NCBI RefSeq assembly: GCF_963676685.1
Contig: NC_092344.1
Span: 22,134,001-22,198,000 of the forward strand
Source of the DNA: Mytilus edulis
Taxonomy: Eukaryota
DNA length: 64,000 nt
Direction: 5' to 3'
A program made the position numbers and the translations under genes. Within the stretch, counting starts at the first letter, position 1. Every line of letters begins with the position of its first letter. Of this stretch, positions 63,013 to 64,000 are shown in pieces. Below the pieces are notes generated by a model. That model had not been told where the DNA came from, made no database searches, and worked only from the letters and a program-made list of their open reading frames with translations.

Positions 63013-64000
63013 CAGTCCGCCAAAAGTTAAGCACCACCGAAATATAACTGGCAATATTTTTTTAACTATTGCAAAAAAAATATTAATGTTTGGTGTTATG
63101 AATTACCTTTAACATACACTAAAAAAATTCATTACGACCAAAAAGATTGCACTCCGATAAAGCAGTCAACCAACCTTTTATCAAAGGTCATATGTGCGTT
63201 TATAAATACACTGTTTCTCCAGGTGGTCGTGTAAGTGTTCGTACATTGGTCCGTCGACTTTATAGAGGCAAACGAAGAGCACGTCGTGGTGTATAGAGAC
63301 CTGTACCTTCAAGCAGGCACTCTACCATCAGGTTTAAATGGGATAATGAACATCTATGCTTGAACATAAGAACCTGACAAAACACTCATTGGTCAGATGG
63401 GAGTCAGTTTCCTTTACTGCCAGAAGACGCCATAATACGAATTTCGCAGGGGAAAAAAACGGCCTATGACCAAAAACAATATTTGCACCAGGACTGCATG
63501 CATTGCTGGTTGTGTTCCAGTACGGGGTTGCTTCTTATACCGTTATAAGCTGGGTATGCATATTCTGCAGGTTGACATAAACAGACAGACATACAGAGAT
63601 TTGGTGCCTTAACATATTGTAGTCCGTCATTTTAGTAATCCCCCACTTGCGTCAACATTGTCAAGACACTTGTACCTGAATGACAACGCTATACCGCATG
63701 CACGCAGGGCAAGAATTTTAACCGAGTCCAAAGAGCAACCAGCCATTTACACTAATTTTTGGCCTTCCTTGACTCCATGCATGAACCCTATCAAACATGT
63801 CTGAGATGCCATTGTCGGAAATCTCAATCGCAGAGATTCACCTTTACAAAAGTTTGTCGATTTAAAAGTGGCATTTGTTGTTTAATGCAACAGATTTCCT
63901 CAACTAAAGTTTTGAAGGCTTGTACCGAGAAAGATAGGTCGTGTTATGAAACTGTACCGGAAATGAGGTTGTTACACATGCTATTGACTCAAATATTGAC
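63013..64000 (+). pseudogene. Decayed Tc1-like transposon with disrupted transposase, running off the window end
   Basis: ta-cagtccgccaaaagttaagcaccac 5' end; DDE remnants HWSDGSQF (~63386), NDNAIPHA (~63680) and FWPSLTPCMNPIKHV*D (cf. WPxxSPDLNPIEHxW), with stops and frameshifts. Confidence 0.8.

Overview
AT-rich, intron-containing eukaryotic DNA. The repeat content and gene types suggest a bivalve mollusc, possibly Mytilus-like (inference). I reconstructed seven protein-coding genes by hand, checking GT-AG boundaries and frame continuity: (1) a 3-exon RING-HC E3 ligase with a C-terminal membrane anchor (-, 3916-6167); (2) an intronless 122-aa coiled-coil ORF with a PP1-docking RVxF motif, head-to-head with it (+, 6380-6748); (3) a 13-exon secreted protein with signal peptide, short Cys-rich module, 7 TSP1 repeats and 3 chitin-binding type-2 (CBM14) domains (+, 10054-18529); (4) a paralogous 3-exon RING-HC gene with the same intron phases but an unrelated coiled-coil tail (-, 23559-27364); (5) a rolling stone-like membrane protein (+, 29558-33634); (6) a BTB-BACK-6xKelch protein with a scruin-like propeller (-, 38861-48448); (7) PPIL1 (-, 53968-58538). 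The rest is dense in non-autonomous DNA transposons: TA-flanked palindromic MITEs, a 9-bp-TSD Mutator-like foldback, TTAA Kolobok-like elements, 5- and 6-bp-TSD MITEs, and Helentron-associated (HINE-like) elements, including nested and head-to-tail copies. There is also a decayed Tc1 element, SINE-like repeats and minisatellites. The best leads are the B-box-less RING paralogue pair with swapped tails and a shared LC8-type motif, and the RING / PP1-motif divergent gene pair. No database searches were run; family names come from motif recognition and recall.
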